DNA from: Planctomycetia bacterium
GTDB taxonomy: Bacteria; Planctomycetota; Planctomycetia; Pirellulales; UBA1268
NCBI GenBank assembly: GCA_046092145.1
Contig: JBJTDB010000168.1
Coordinates: 1 to 62,080 of the forward strand
Direction: 5' to 3'
DNA length: 62,080 nucleotides
In this document: piece after piece, positions 1 to 9,059 of the stretch
Layout: each line of letters opens with the position of its first letter
Position numbering within the stretch: the stretch's first letter is position 1
Position numbers and translations under genes: made by a program
Notes under the pieces: model-generated
Database searches by the model: none
The model's input: only the letters and a program-made list of their open reading frames with translations
What the model was told of the DNA's origin: nothing

Positions 1-656
1 CGCCGAAGCTGTTGCCGCCCCCGCCCCCTCCTCCGTCGGCGCCGCCGCCGGCCACCACCGCGACGCCGACAGCCGCAGCCCCTGCGCCGGCCGCCCCTGC
101 CGGGCAGGGATGGAAGCCGCTCGTGCCGACTGATTTCAAGAGCATGGCCGGTGCGACGGCTGCGATCGCTGCCGACGGTGCCGTGATGGTGACCGGTTCG
201 CTGGCGAGAGACACCTACACCCTTCGCGTTCCGCTCCCTGCGGGCGTCGTGCCGGCGGCCATCCGCCTGGAGGCCTTGGCCGACCAGGCACTCCCCGGCC
301 AGGGACCGGGTCGCGCGAGCAACGGCAACTTCGTCGTGACCACGTTCGGCGTGCTGTTCGGCGAGCCCGGCAAAACGGAAACACCGACGCCCCTGTCGTT
401 CGCCTCCGCCAAGGCCGACCACGAGCAGCCGAATTTCACCGCCGCCGGCGCGATCGACAGCAATCCGGCCACGGGCTGGGCGATCGGCGGTGGCACGGGC
501 AAGGATCATGCCATCACGTTCGAGCTTTCGCCCGACGCGAAGATCCAGGCCGGGGCGCCTCTGACGATCACGGTCGATCAGCAATATGCCGATGGCCAGC
601 ATGCGGTGGGCAAATTTCGTGTCTCGGTGATGCCGGCAGGAGGGCCTCGGCCGTGA
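1..656 (+). CDS. 3' part of a larger secreted/surface protein (5' end outside window): Pro/Ala-rich linker plus beta-rich C-terminal domain, function unknown
   Basis: The frame is open from the window edge (the track ORF only begins at TTG 12). PPPPPPPSAPPPATTATP linker, then NGNFVVTTFGV...ATGWAIGGGTGKDHAITFELS...GKFRVSV. Strong G/C at codon position 3. Stop TGA 654-656 overlaps the next start (GTGATG). Confidence 0.5.
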   Translation, partial: PKLLPPPPPPPSAPPPATTATPTAAAPAPAAPAGQGWKPLVPTDFKSMAGATAAIAADGAVMVTGSLARDTYTLRVPLPAGVVPAAIRLEALADQALPGQGPGRASNGNFVVTTFGVLFGEPGKTETPTPLSFASAKADHEQPNFTAAGAIDSNPATGWAIGGGTGKDHAITFELSPDAKIQAGAPLTITVDQQYADGQHAVGKFRVSVMPAGGPRP

Positions 657-1225
657 TGACGAATCCTTTTGGAGCATCTGGAAAAACCATGGAACACATG
701 TCGCTCGTCGCCTGTGGAGCGGCGCTCGTGATGGCCGGAATCGGCATCGGTCGCGGCATCATGCCGCCTGGGCATCCGCTTCCCACGGCGCGGGCGATCA
801 CGTCGTTGGCCGACGACTCGTTCGCGGTCTGCACGGCACCGGTCGACGTGACCAACGGCATCGAAGGACTGTTCGTGCTCGATTTCGAGACGGGCGACCT
901 CACCGGGGGCGTTCTCAACGCCGGCTCTTCGACGTTCACCTCCTCCTACAAGTGGAACGTGCTCAACGATCTCGGGTTCCAGCCTGGCCAGGCGAAGAAC
1001 CCGAGATTTCTGCTCGTGGCCGGCCAGGCCGAGCTTCGTGCCAATCCGCGGATCGGGCGGCGGCCACTGGCCCGGTCGGTCCTCTATGTGACCGACTGCT
1101 CCACCGGCGCGACGGCCGCGTATGGCATTCCATGGGCCGCGCAGCAGTCAACGGCGACAGGGCTCGTCATGAGTGAACTCGTGCTTCTGGACGTCGCACG
1201 GCCACGGGGACCGGCGGTGCCGTGA
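653..1225 (+). CDS. hypothetical protein with one N-terminal hydrophobic segment
   Basis: 190-aa ORF with coding-like GC3. Hydrophobic stretch SLVACGAALVMAGIGIG, then a Gly/Thr/Ser-rich, probably beta-rich, domain. I recognise no family. The start could be GTG 653, ATG 656 or ATG 689. Confidence 0.45.
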   Translation: MMTNPFGASGKTMEHMSLVACGAALVMAGIGIGRGIMPPGHPLPTARAITSLADDSFAVCTAPVDVTNGIEGLFVLDFETGDLTGGVLNAGSSTFTSSYKWNVLNDLGFQPGQAKNPRFLLVAGQAELRANPRIGRRPLARSVLYVTDCSTGATAAYGIPWAAQQSTATGLVMSELVLLDVARPRGPAVP

Positions 1226-1470
1226 CCGAGATGCCATTCAATTCCTCCGAACAGGCGCCGGGCAGTCCGTGCGTGCTGGCCGTCAATGGGCAGCGACAGG
1301 ATGTCCCAATCGGCTCCACGGCACTCGACGTGGTGCGAGGGCTCGGTCTCGAGGGGAGGCCGATGGCGGTCGAGGTGAACGGCCGGGTCGTTCCCCGGGC
1401 CGATTTGGGACGGTGTATGCTGTCTTCCGGAGACCGGCTGGAAGTCGTCACGCTCGTGGGTGGCGGCTGA
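1222..1470 (+). CDS. thiS: sulfur-carrier protein ThiS
   Basis: Small ubiquitin-like ORF ending ...GDRLEVVTLVGGG (C-terminal Gly-Gly), directly upstream of thiG. GTGA overlap with the previous stop; ATG 1231 is an alternative start. Confidence 0.8.
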   Translation: MTEMPFNSSEQAPGSPCVLAVNGQRQDVPIGSTALDVVRGLGLEGRPMAVEVNGRVVPRADLGRCMLSSGDRLEVVTLVGGG

Positions 1471-1509
1471 TCGGGCCGGCCATGCCGTCCCCGCGCCCCA
1501 CGACCAGCC

Positions 1510-2352
1510 ATGATCGAATCCGTCGATTCCACCCCTGCCTCCGACACGCTCCGTGTCGGAGGGATCACGCTTGCCAGTCGGCTCGTGGTCGGCACCGGCA
1601 AGTATGCGACGTATGCCGACATGGCCCGTTGCCTCGAAGCCACCGGCGCCGACTGCGTGACCGTGGCGGTGCGGCGGGAGCGACTCACGAATGCCGCCGG
1701 CGAAAACATCCTCGATCATCTCGATCCCTCCCGATACACGCTGCTGCCCAACACGGCCGGGTGTTATTCGGCCGACGACGCCGTGCGGGTCGCCCGCCTC
1801 GGTCGGGAACTGCTTCGCGATCTTGGCAACCCGGGAGCCGAGTGGGTGAAGCTGGAAGTGCTCGGGGACCGCAAGACGTTGCTGCCTGATCCGGTGGGGA
1901 CGCTCGAAGCCACCGCCCGGCTCGTCGAGGATGGCTTCACCGTGCTCGTCTACACCAGCGATGATCCGGTCGTCGCCCGACGGCTGAAAGACCTCGGCGC
2001 CGCCAGCGTGATGCCCGCCGGCAGCCCGATCGGGTCGGGCCAGGGGATCCTCAATCCCAACAACCTGCGGATCTGCATGGAATACCTCAAGGATGGCGAT
2101 CCGGGATATCCGGTGATCGTCGATGCCGGCGTGGGCACAGCCAGCGACGTCGCCGAGGCGATGGAGCTTGGAGTCGATGGAGTGCTGCTCAATACGGCGA
2201 TCGCCCATGCCGCCGATCCGCTGCGGATGGCGCGGGCGATGAAGGCCGCCTGCCACGCCGGCCGCGAGGCGTTTCTCGCGGGCCGCATGCCGCGGCGGCT
2301 CTATGCAACGGCTTCGAGCCCCGACGAGGGCGTCCTTGGCGGAGGCCGGTGA
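1510..2352 (+). CDS. thiG: thiazole synthase ThiG
   Basis: [19 protein letters not shown]...LLPNTAGC...EVLGD...LLPD...[14 protein letters not shown]...[12 protein letters not shown]...GVLLNTAIA are typical ThiG motifs over the full length. Confidence 0.95.
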   Translation: MIESVDSTPASDTLRVGGITLASRLVVGTGKYATYADMARCLEATGADCVTVAVRRERLTNAAGENILDHLDPSRYTLLPNTAGCYSADDAVRVARLGRELLRDLGNPGAEWVKLEVLGDRKTLLPDPVGTLEATARLVEDGFTVLVYTSDDPVVARRLKDLGAASVMPAGSPIGSGQGILNPNNLRICMEYLKDGDPGYPVIVDAGVGTASDVAEAMELGVDGVLLNTAIAHAADPLRMARAMKAACHAGREAFLAGRMPRRLYATASSPDEGVLGGGR

Positions 2353-3152
2353 TGCTGGCCCGACGAATCATCCCCTGCCTCGATGTGGAGAAGGGTCGCG
2401 TCGTGAAGGGGACGCGGTTCCTCGAACTCGTCGATGCCGGCGATCCTGTCGCCGTGGCGGCGCGGTACGAAGCGGAGGGAGCGGACGAACTGGTCTTCCT
2501 CGACATCACCGCCAGCCATGAGGGGCGGGCGATCATGCTCGACATGGTGCGACGGGTCGCCGAGACGATCTTCATGCCCTTCACCGTCGGCGGAGGCATC
2601 CGCACGCTCGACGACGCCGTGCAACTGGTCCATGCCGGTGCAGAGAAGGTGAGCATCAACTCGGCGGCGGTGCGGACGCCAGACCTGGTCTCGGCGGTCG
2701 CCGACCGCCTCGGCAGCTGTGCGACCGTCGTCAACATCGACCCCAAGCGGGTCGTCCGCGACGGCCGCGAAACATGGGAGGTGTTCGTCAACGGCGGACG
2801 GGTGCCGACCGGACTCGAGGCGGTCGCATGGGCCAGGCAGGTCGAGCGGCTCGGGGCCGGCGAAATCGTGCTGACCTGCATGGATCGCGACGGAACCCGC
2901 GATGGCTACGACCTTGAAATCACGGCCGCGGTGAGCCGGGCCGTGGGGATTCCCGTGGTGGCCAGCGGGGGAGCCGGGCGGCCGGAGCACCTCGCCGACG
3001 CCATCGAGGCAGGCGGGGCCGACGCGGCGCTGGCCGCTGGAATCTTCCACTTCGGAGAGTGTACGATCCGGCAGGTGAAGGAACTCTTCCAGGCACGCGG
3101 GATTCCCGTTCGTCCCGCCCAGAAGCATGGCAACGCTCGACCCAACGACTGA
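2352..3152 (+). CDS. hisF: imidazole glycerol phosphate synthase cyclase subunit HisF
   Basis: [23 protein letters not shown]...[11 protein letters not shown]...TVGGGIR...[12 protein letters not shown]...[16 protein letters not shown]...ASGGAG. GTG 2349 or ATG 2352 overlaps the thiG stop. Confidence 0.95.
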   Translation: MLARRIIPCLDVEKGRVVKGTRFLELVDAGDPVAVAARYEAEGADELVFLDITASHEGRAIMLDMVRRVAETIFMPFTVGGGIRTLDDAVQLVHAGAEKVSINSAAVRTPDLVSAVADRLGSCATVVNIDPKRVVRDGRETWEVFVNGGRVPTGLEAVAWARQVERLGAGEIVLTCMDRDGTRDGYDLEITAAVSRAVGIPVVASGGAGRPEHLADAIEAGGADAALAAGIFHFGECTIRQVKELFQARGIPVRPAQKHGNARPND

Positions 3153-4296
3153 ATCGTCCACGCCGGTGGAGCCGGCCCCCCAGCCGGCCGCCGTCGCGAA
3201 GCCGGCTGCCGCCGGCCTCGAGATCGATCGCCTCTTCGAGGCGATGGTGAAGCTCAACGGCAGCGATCTCCATCTGAAGGTCGACAAGCCGCCCTATATG
3301 CGGGTGAAGGGGGCGCTCACCCCGCTGAAGTATCCGCCGATCGACTCCGATCAGATGAAGCGGCTGCTCTCGCCGATGATGAACGAGCGGCATCGAACGA
3401 TCTTCGAAACCGAAGGGGGCGCCGACTTCGCCTATTCCTGCGTCGTCGATGGCGTGCGGTGGCGATTCCGAATCAACATGCTGACCCAGCAGGGCCGCTG
3501 GGGCCTGGTGGCCCGGCGCGTGAACAACACGATCCCCGACTTCGAGAAGCTCTTCCTGCCCCCGGCGATCGAGCGGCTCTGCCAACTCGATCAGGGGATG
3601 GTGCTGCTCGCCGGCGTGACGGGCTCCGGCAAGAGCACCACGATCGGCTCGATGCTCAATTACATCAACCGAAACTACCGCAAGCACATCCTCACGCTCG
3701 AAGACCCGATCGAATTCGTCTTCACCGAAGACAAGTGCCTGATCAATCAGCGCGAGATCGGCAACGACGTCAAGAACTTCGAGATCGGCATGAAGCATGC
3801 GGTCCGCGAGGATCCCGACATCATCCTCGTCGGCGAGCTTCGCGACGTGGAGACCTTCAAGACGGCGATCCATGCCGCCGAGACGGGGCACCTCGTGTTT
3901 GGCACGATCCATGCCGCGACCGCTCCGAGCACGGTGACCCGCATCCTCGACCTGTTCCCGCAGGAGGAGCATGCCTCCATCCGCAGTGCCATCGCCTTCA
4001 ACATGAAGGGCATCGTGGCCCAGAAATTGCTCAAGTCGATCCGCCCCGGCGTGAGCCGCGTGCCGGTGGTCGAACTGATGTTCTTCGATCCGCTGGTGCG
4101 GAAGTACGTGCTGGAGGGTGAAGACCACCTGCTGGCGGACCACATCAAGAAAGCGGTGCGCGACGGCATGCAGGATTTCACGATGAGCCTCAAGAGCCTC
4201 ATCGACCAGGGGCTCATCGACCGCAACGACGCGCTCGAAATCGCCCCCAACCGCGAGGCGCTGACGATGGCCCTCAAGGGCATCGGGGTCACGTGA
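3127..4296 (+). CDS. pilT: PilT/PilU-family type IV pilus retraction-type ATPase
   Basis: [17 protein letters not shown], Walker [20 protein letters not shown], Walker B/Asp box [10 protein letters not shown], His box [10 protein letters not shown]. The PilT AIRNLIRE motif is diverged (LVRKYVLE). The start overlaps the hisF end by 26 nt. Confidence 0.85.
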   Translation: MATLDPTTESSTPVEPAPQPAAVAKPAAAGLEIDRLFEAMVKLNGSDLHLKVDKPPYMRVKGALTPLKYPPIDSDQMKRLLSPMMNERHRTIFETEGGADFAYSCVVDGVRWRFRINMLTQQGRWGLVARRVNNTIPDFEKLFLPPAIERLCQLDQGMVLLAGVTGSGKSTTIGSMLNYINRNYRKHILTLEDPIEFVFTEDKCLINQREIGNDVKNFEIGMKHAVREDPDIILVGELRDVETFKTAIHAAETGHLVFGTIHAATAPSTVTRILDLFPQEEHASIRSAIAFNMKGIVAQKLLKSIRPGVSRVPVVELMFFDPLVRKYVLEGEDHLLADHIKKAVRDGMQDFTMSLKSLIDQGLIDRNDALEIAPNREALTMALKGIGVT

Positions 4297-6182
4297 TGGA
4301 TGGATGGCGCAATGGCATGTCGCGGAGGCTCCTTCGGGTGGCGATCGGGTGCGCGGCGACCATGGCCGCCCGGCCGGCGGTGGCCGAGGGATGGCCGGCG
4401 ATCGCACCGGGCGATTTTTCTCGCGGCGCCGGCGGCGGTCTGGCGATCATCCCGGTCGCCTGCTGGTGGCTCCTGACGCTCGGATGGGTCTTCACCACAG
4501 ACTGGCTTTCGCGGGACAGCGTCCGCCGCGGATTCGGCCCGGCGGTCTGGGGGCCGGTCGCGGCCTTTTCCTTTCCGATCCTGGCGCTCGTCGCCTGGTG
4601 GATTCCGTGGACCTGGGCGGCCTTGGCGCTCACGGCCCTGGCATGGCTGGCGCCCGTGCTCTCCTACACGTTCACCCGCAACCCCAAAGTGCATGCCGCC
4701 GAGCGAGTCCTCACGGTGGGCCACATGAAGCGGCTGCTCGCGCCGCTGTTCGCGCGGTTGGGCGTGGAGATCGAGGTCGAGACACTCGACGACGCGGGAG
4801 GAGACCTGTTGCCGACGGTGCTCATCCGGACCACGGCAGGCGGCGATCCACACTCCGATCCTGCGGTGATGGAGCGGCTGACCACCGCGGCCGCGGCCAT
4901 CAGCAAGGCGCTCGCCGATCCCAATCGGATCATCGAAGGCTACACGGCGGCCTGTGGCGTCATCCAGGGCGGGGTGGCCGATCAGGCGGGTCGGATACGG
5001 CTCGACGTCGCGCCCGGTGCCGTGAACCTGCACCACTTCATGGACGGCACCTGGGTGAAGCCGCGTGTGATGACGGCCCGCGGATCGAAGAAGGTGCCGG
5101 AACAGTGGGCCGACGCACCGCCGCTCCCCCGCCCCGCGGCAGACGCCGTGATCGTCATTCTCAAGGCCGTTGCTGGGATCAACGCCCGCGGCAAGGGGCC
5201 GCAGAAGGGTTCCTTTCTGATCGATGTCGACGGGAAGCCGCGTCCGTGCACGCTGGTCGTGCAAACGGTTCCGACCGGGGAACAGGTGGTCGTCGAGATC
5301 GAATCGAAGCCCGCACCGATGAAGGGCTGCGCCGACATCGGCATGCCCCCCGCGCTGATCGATCGCCTCACCGAAGTGCTGGGGCTCGAGAAGGGGGTGC
5401 TTCTGCTCTCCTCGCCTCCAGCCTCCGGCCTCTCCACGACGTTCGACATCGTCGTGGGGATGACCGATCGCCTGATGCGCGACTTCATTTCGATCGAAGA
5501 CGCGGCCGCGCCGGCAGCCGAGATTCAGAACGTCAAGCCGATCCGCTACGACACGAAGGCGGAGCAGACGTCGCTGTCGGTGCTCGCCAAGGCCCTCCTC
5601 GATTATCCGGCGGCGGTCATCACGCGCGACCTGCGTGAGCCCGCCCTCGGGGTCGAACTCGCCCGACTCGCCGACGAGGAGAAGTTCGTCGTCATCAGCC
5701 TCAAGGGGTCCGACGCCATCGATGCGATAGCACGGCTCGTCGGCTGCAAGGTGCCGGTCGATCAGCTCGGCCGCAGCCTGCTCGGCTCGCTCTCGCAGCG
5801 GCTGGTGCGGAAGCTGTGCCCGAAATGCCGGACCGGCGTTCAGCCATCGCCGAAACAGCTGACGCTCCTCAAAAAGAAGCCGGAGCAGCTTCAGCAGATC
5901 TTTCAGGCATCCCCACAAGGCTGCCGTCTCTGCCACGGCCACGGCTACCTCGGCCGCACCGCCGTCTTCGAACTCGCCTCCGGCCCCACCGTTCGGAAGG
6001 CGATCGCCGCCAAGGCCGATCCGCAAACGATCCGCAAGGCGGCGATCCAGGATGGAATGGTGACGCTGCAGGATGCCGCGCTGGGGCTGGTCTCCGAGGG
6101 CGTGACATCCTTCGAGGAAGTGCAGCGGGTGTTCGCCGCGCCCGCCGCCAAAAAGCCGGTGACCGGAGGGTCACGATCATGA
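4293..6182 (+). CDS. membrane-anchored GspE/PilB-like protein with degenerate nucleotide-binding motifs (probable pseudo-ATPase)
   Basis: N-terminus has 3-4 hydrophobic helices (LAIIPVACWWLLTLGWVFTT, AVWGPVAAFSFPILALVAWWI, WAALALTALAWLAPVLSY). GspE-N2-like GRIRLDV...FLIDVDGKPRPCTLVVQTVPTGEQVVVEI. The Walker A position reads LLLSSPPASGLSTTF (no GxxGxGK[ST]). AAVITRDLRE stands in place of the VGEIRD box. The tetracysteine CPKC...CRLCHGHGY is retained. 4-nt overlap with the pilT stop. Confidence 0.75.
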   Translation: MMDGWRNGMSRRLLRVAIGCAATMAARPAVAEGWPAIAPGDFSRGAGGGLAIIPVACWWLLTLGWVFTTDWLSRDSVRRGFGPAVWGPVAAFSFPILALVAWWIPWTWAALALTALAWLAPVLSYTFTRNPKVHAAERVLTVGHMKRLLAPLFARLGVEIEVETLDDAGGDLLPTVLIRTTAGGDPHSDPAVMERLTTAAAAISKALADPNRIIEGYTAACGVIQGGVADQAGRIRLDVAPGAVNLHHFMDGTWVKPRVMTARGSKKVPEQWADAPPLPRPAADAVIVILKAVAGINARGKGPQKGSFLIDVDGKPRPCTLVVQTVPTGEQVVVEIESKPAPMKGCADIGMPPALIDRLTEVLGLEKGVLLLSSPPASGLSTTFDIVVGMTDRLMRDFISIEDAAAPAAEIQNVKPIRYDTKAEQTSLSVLAKALLDYPAAVITRDLREPALGVELARLADEEKFVVISLKGSDAIDAIARLVGCKVPVDQLGRSLLGSLSQRLVRKLCPKCRTGVQPSPKQLTLLKKKPEQLQQIFQASPQGCRLCHGHGYLGRTAVFELASGPTVRKAIAAKADPQTIRKAAIQDGMVTLQDAALGLVSEGVTSFEEVQRVFAAPAAKKPVTGGSRS

Positions 6183-6760
6183 TCACCCTGCTCCTGCTCG
6201 GCGTGCTGGTCGCGACAGCCGGCCTCTTCTATCGCGATGGACTTTGGAGCGCGCTTGTGGCCGTGGCGAATGTGCTTTTCGCCGCCACGCTCGCCACGGC
6301 GTGGTACGAGTGGCCCGCGGGGCTCCTGGAGCAGTCGCTCCCGTCGGTCGGCTCCTATGCCGATTTCCTCTGCATCTGGCTTCTGTTCGCGGCCATTCTT
6401 GCCGCCGCCGGTGAAGCGACCATCCGAGTGTCGCGGACGCGGGTGATGTTTCCCGGCCACGTCGATCGTTTCGGCGCTCCCATCGCGGGGCTCATCGCCG
6501 GGTGGATCATGGTCTGCTTCACCGCGTTGACGCTCCACCTCGCGCCCGTCACCCGCGACCTCATCCAGCCCACCCCCGAGTCGCGTGTGGTTCTGGGCTT
6601 CGCCCCCGATCGCACATGGGCGAACTTCATGCGACACGCCACCCGCCGAGGTCCGTTTTCGAGCCCCGGCGAGGACGAGGCCAACGTGTTCGACAAGGGC
6701 GAGGATTTCGTCGTGCGGCACGCCGACCGTCGCAAGAAGCTCGAGGGAGGATCGCCATGA
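6179..6760 (+). CDS. CvpA-like small integral membrane protein
   Basis: ATG 6179 overlaps the previous stop (ATGA). MITLLLLGVLVATAGLFYRDGLWSALVAVANVLFAATLATAWY plus two or three more hydrophobic helices. The CvpA-family resemblance is by architecture only. The upstream part of track ORF 5816.. lies inside the previous gene. Confidence 0.55.
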   Translation: MITLLLLGVLVATAGLFYRDGLWSALVAVANVLFAATLATAWYEWPAGLLEQSLPSVGSYADFLCIWLLFAAILAAAGEATIRVSRTRVMFPGHVDRFGAPIAGLIAGWIMVCFTALTLHLAPVTRDLIQPTPESRVVLGFAPDRTWANFMRHATRRGPFSSPGEDEANVFDKGEDFVVRHADRRKKLEGGSP

Positions 6761-7380
6761 CGGAAAGCCTCATGAGTTCGCCGCCGGAAGAGTCGGGCGG
6801 CTATCGGCCCGTCAGCGCGGCCGCGGTGGCGGCCCTCGTGGCGGGGATCGTTTCGGCGGCGGCGCTGGTGAGCCCGGTCTTTTGGGTCCTGCCTTTGATC
6901 GCCATCGGCCTCGCCTGGCTGGGGCTGGCCGACGTATCCCGGCCCGGCTGTGAGAAAGCCGGCCGAGCGGCGGCCCTTGTCGGCCTGGCGCTCGCGATCG
7001 GCTTCGGCGCCCAGGCGGTCTCGTCGACGGCGGCCCGTCATTGGATCATGTCGTCGCGGGCGCGCTCGGCAGCGCTGCTGTGGGTTGAAGCCCTGCGCGA
7101 AGGCCGGATCGACGACGCCAAAAACATGTGCCTGGCCGGCGCCGTGAACCAGCTCGAGCAGTTCTCCACGAGGCTCACGGCCTGCGGGGCCGAAAGCAAC
7201 GCCCACACAGCGGACGTCGGCCGCAACGAAGAAATACCGGAGCAGTGGCGGGTGCACGTCGTCGTCGAGCCATGTCCATCCGGCTCGCTCGATCTCGATG
7301 TCTACGTCGCATCGGAGCTGGCCACCGGTCAGGAAGGCCGGTTCGAACGCTGGAAAGTGGTCACGTGCAACGCACGATGA
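6757..7380 (+). CDS. hypothetical membrane protein (two TM helices, DUF4190-like N-terminus, soluble C-terminal domain)
   Basis: ATG 6757 overlaps the previous stop (ATGA). AAAVAALVAGIVSAAALVSPVFWVLPLIAIGLAWLGL and AAALVGLALAIGFGAQAV helices. Coding-like GC3. Confidence 0.5.
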   Translation: MTESLMSSPPEESGGYRPVSAAAVAALVAGIVSAAALVSPVFWVLPLIAIGLAWLGLADVSRPGCEKAGRAAALVGLALAIGFGAQAVSSTAARHWIMSSRARSAALLWVEALREGRIDDAKNMCLAGAVNQLEQFSTRLTACGAESNAHTADVGRNEEIPEQWRVHVVVEPCPSGSLDLDVYVASELATGQEGRFERWKVVTCNAR

Positions 7381-7487
7381 TCGCTCGTGGCATCATCTGA
7401 GCTGATGGGCCGGCTTCGGGGTCGGTGAATGTCTCAGCTTCGAAGGGCGAGGATACGCCCACTCGCTTCGACATCCCCCGAGCCGCG

Positions 7488-8459
7488 TCAGGCGTCATCG
7501 GATGAAAAGGGGCGGATGCCGTCGATCGAATCGGTGCCGGCGGCGAGCATGACGAGCCGGTCGAAGCCGAGCGCCGCACCGATGCCGTCGGGCATCCCGA
7601 TCCCGTGGGCCTCGAGGAGCCGTGCCGGGATCGGAAGCCGGCTGCGGCCGTCGGCCACGCGGACCCTGTTGGCGGCGTCGATCCGATCGGCGAGCACCTC
7701 GCGGCTCGTCTCTTCCTCCCAGCCATTGGCAAGCTCCACTCCCTCGACGAACAGCTCGAACCGTCGGGCCTGCCGCCGCTCGGCGTGGTCAAGTCGTGCC
7801 AGCGCCGCCTGCGAGGCGGGCCAGGCCTCGAGCATCGTCGGCCTGCCTCGGCCCAGATTCGGCTGCACCACCTCCGCCAGCAATGCCTCGAACCAGCGGT
7901 CCCACAGCGCCGACCGCGCCGCATCGTCGGCAGGCCGGGCATGATGCGACTCCGGCAGACGAAGGCCGGCCCGCCGGCCGGCCGCCATCAGGTCCTCGAG
8001 CGTGGAGGAGAGGGGATCGACGGCCGCGTGGGCGGCGAAGGCGTCGGCGCATGACACCCGTTCGATGCCCGAGGTGCCGAGCGTGGCGGCACAGAGCCGT
8101 TCGAGGATCGTCGCCGTCTCGTCGAGGCCGTTGCCCGGGGCATACCACTCCAGCAGCACGAACTCGACGTCGTGCTGCCGGCCCCGCTCGCCGGCGCGGA
8201 AGGAGCGGGCGAACTGGTAGATCGGGCCCGCGCCGGCCGCCAGCAGCCGCTTCATGAGCGCCTCGGGGCTCGCCTGGAGGTAGCGTGGCGGCAGATGGGG
8301 GCCGCCCACGTGGACGGCCATCGGGTCGATGTGCGCTTCGGGCAGCACCTCCGACGAGATCGTGGGCGTATCGACCTCCACGAATCCGGCCCGGTCGAAG
8401 ACATCGCGGATCCGCGACCGCATCGCGGCGCGAAACTCGAGCATCGGTCGTGTCGGCAT
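7488..8459 (-). CDS. epmA: EF-P--(R)-beta-lysine ligase (truncated class II LysRS paralogue, EpmA/PoxA)
   Basis: FRAAMRSRIRDVFDRAGFVEVDTPT...YLQASPE...FARSFRAGERGRQHDVEFVLLEWY...FELFVEGVELANGW.E...GIGAALGFDRLVM. About 323 aa with no anticodon-binding domain. ATG 8459 chosen because the longer track ORF would run into the uspA-like gene. Confidence 0.8.
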   Translation of the reverse strand: MPTRPMLEFRAAMRSRIRDVFDRAGFVEVDTPTISSEVLPEAHIDPMAVHVGGPHLPPRYLQASPEALMKRLLAAGAGPIYQFARSFRAGERGRQHDVEFVLLEWYAPGNGLDETATILERLCAATLGTSGIERVSCADAFAAHAAVDPLSSTLEDLMAAGRRAGLRLPESHHARPADDAARSALWDRWFEALLAEVVQPNLGRGRPTMLEAWPASQAALARLDHAERRQARRFELFVEGVELANGWEEETSREVLADRIDAANRVRVADGRSRLPIPARLLEAHGIGMPDGIGAALGFDRLVMLAAGTDSIDGIRPFSSDDA

Positions 8460-8508
8460 GAACTGTCCTCGCGCGGCCGTGCGATGAGGTATCGACTCGT
8501 CGCTCGAA

Positions 8509-8970
8509 CTAGAGCGAGAGCGCCGGTTTCTTGGCGGAGAGTTTCTCGGCCATCTCACGGTAAATGAGCACCGGGCACGGCGCCCGCCGCACGATCGCCT
8601 CCGCGACGCTTCCCATGAGGAGCCGCATCATGCCCGTCCGGCCATGAGTGCCGAGCACGATCATGTCGGCCTTCTCCTCCTGGGCGATACGGATCACCTC
8701 GGCGGCCGGGTCGCCCATCGTGAGCCGGTGTGCGAAGGGAATCGCGGGATCGGCGGGCTTGACGTCTTCGAGCATCGCGAGAATCCGCTCCGAACTGGGC
8801 TCGGGGATGCCGTAATAGAGTTCACCCCCGCCGTAGGCCAACGGCGGCTCCTCGACATGCACGATCAGAAGCCTCGCGGCCATCGACGTGGCCAGCGCCT
8901 CGGCATGCGACAGCGCGGCGTCGCTGGCGAGTGAGAAATCGGTCGGGAAGAGAATCGTTTTCTGTGCCAT
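8509..8970 (-). CDS. universal stress protein (UspA family)
   Basis: MAQKTILFPTDFSLASDAAL..A..LA....ARLLIVHV...ADMIVLGTHGRTGMMRLLMGSVAEAIVRRAPCPVLIY. Confidence 0.9.
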   Translation of the reverse strand: MAQKTILFPTDFSLASDAALSHAEALATSMAARLLIVHVEEPPLAYGGGELYYGIPEPSSERILAMLEDVKPADPAIPFAHRLTMGDPAAEVIRIAQEEKADMIVLGTHGRTGMMRLLMGSVAEAIVRRAPCPVLIYREMAEKLSAKKPALSL

Positions 8971-9059
8971 CGCAGGTACTCCGGTGGAGAAGGCGTCCTC
9001 GCACGGAAACGTCCATTCGTGGCAATCCTACCGGCTCGCGGGCCATGCCGTCCGATCAA

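Noticed and set aside
3747-6026. 759-aa minus-strand ORF, among the longest complete ORFs in the track.
   Set aside because: It lies antisense to the pilT-like and GspE-like genes, which have clear family motifs. Its product is Arg/Gly/Pro/Asp-rich with no motifs, which is typical of a GC-driven shadow ORF. The same reasoning applies to 1084-2256(-), 2920-4407(-), 10813-12762(-), 12731-14782(-) and 14767-16569(-).
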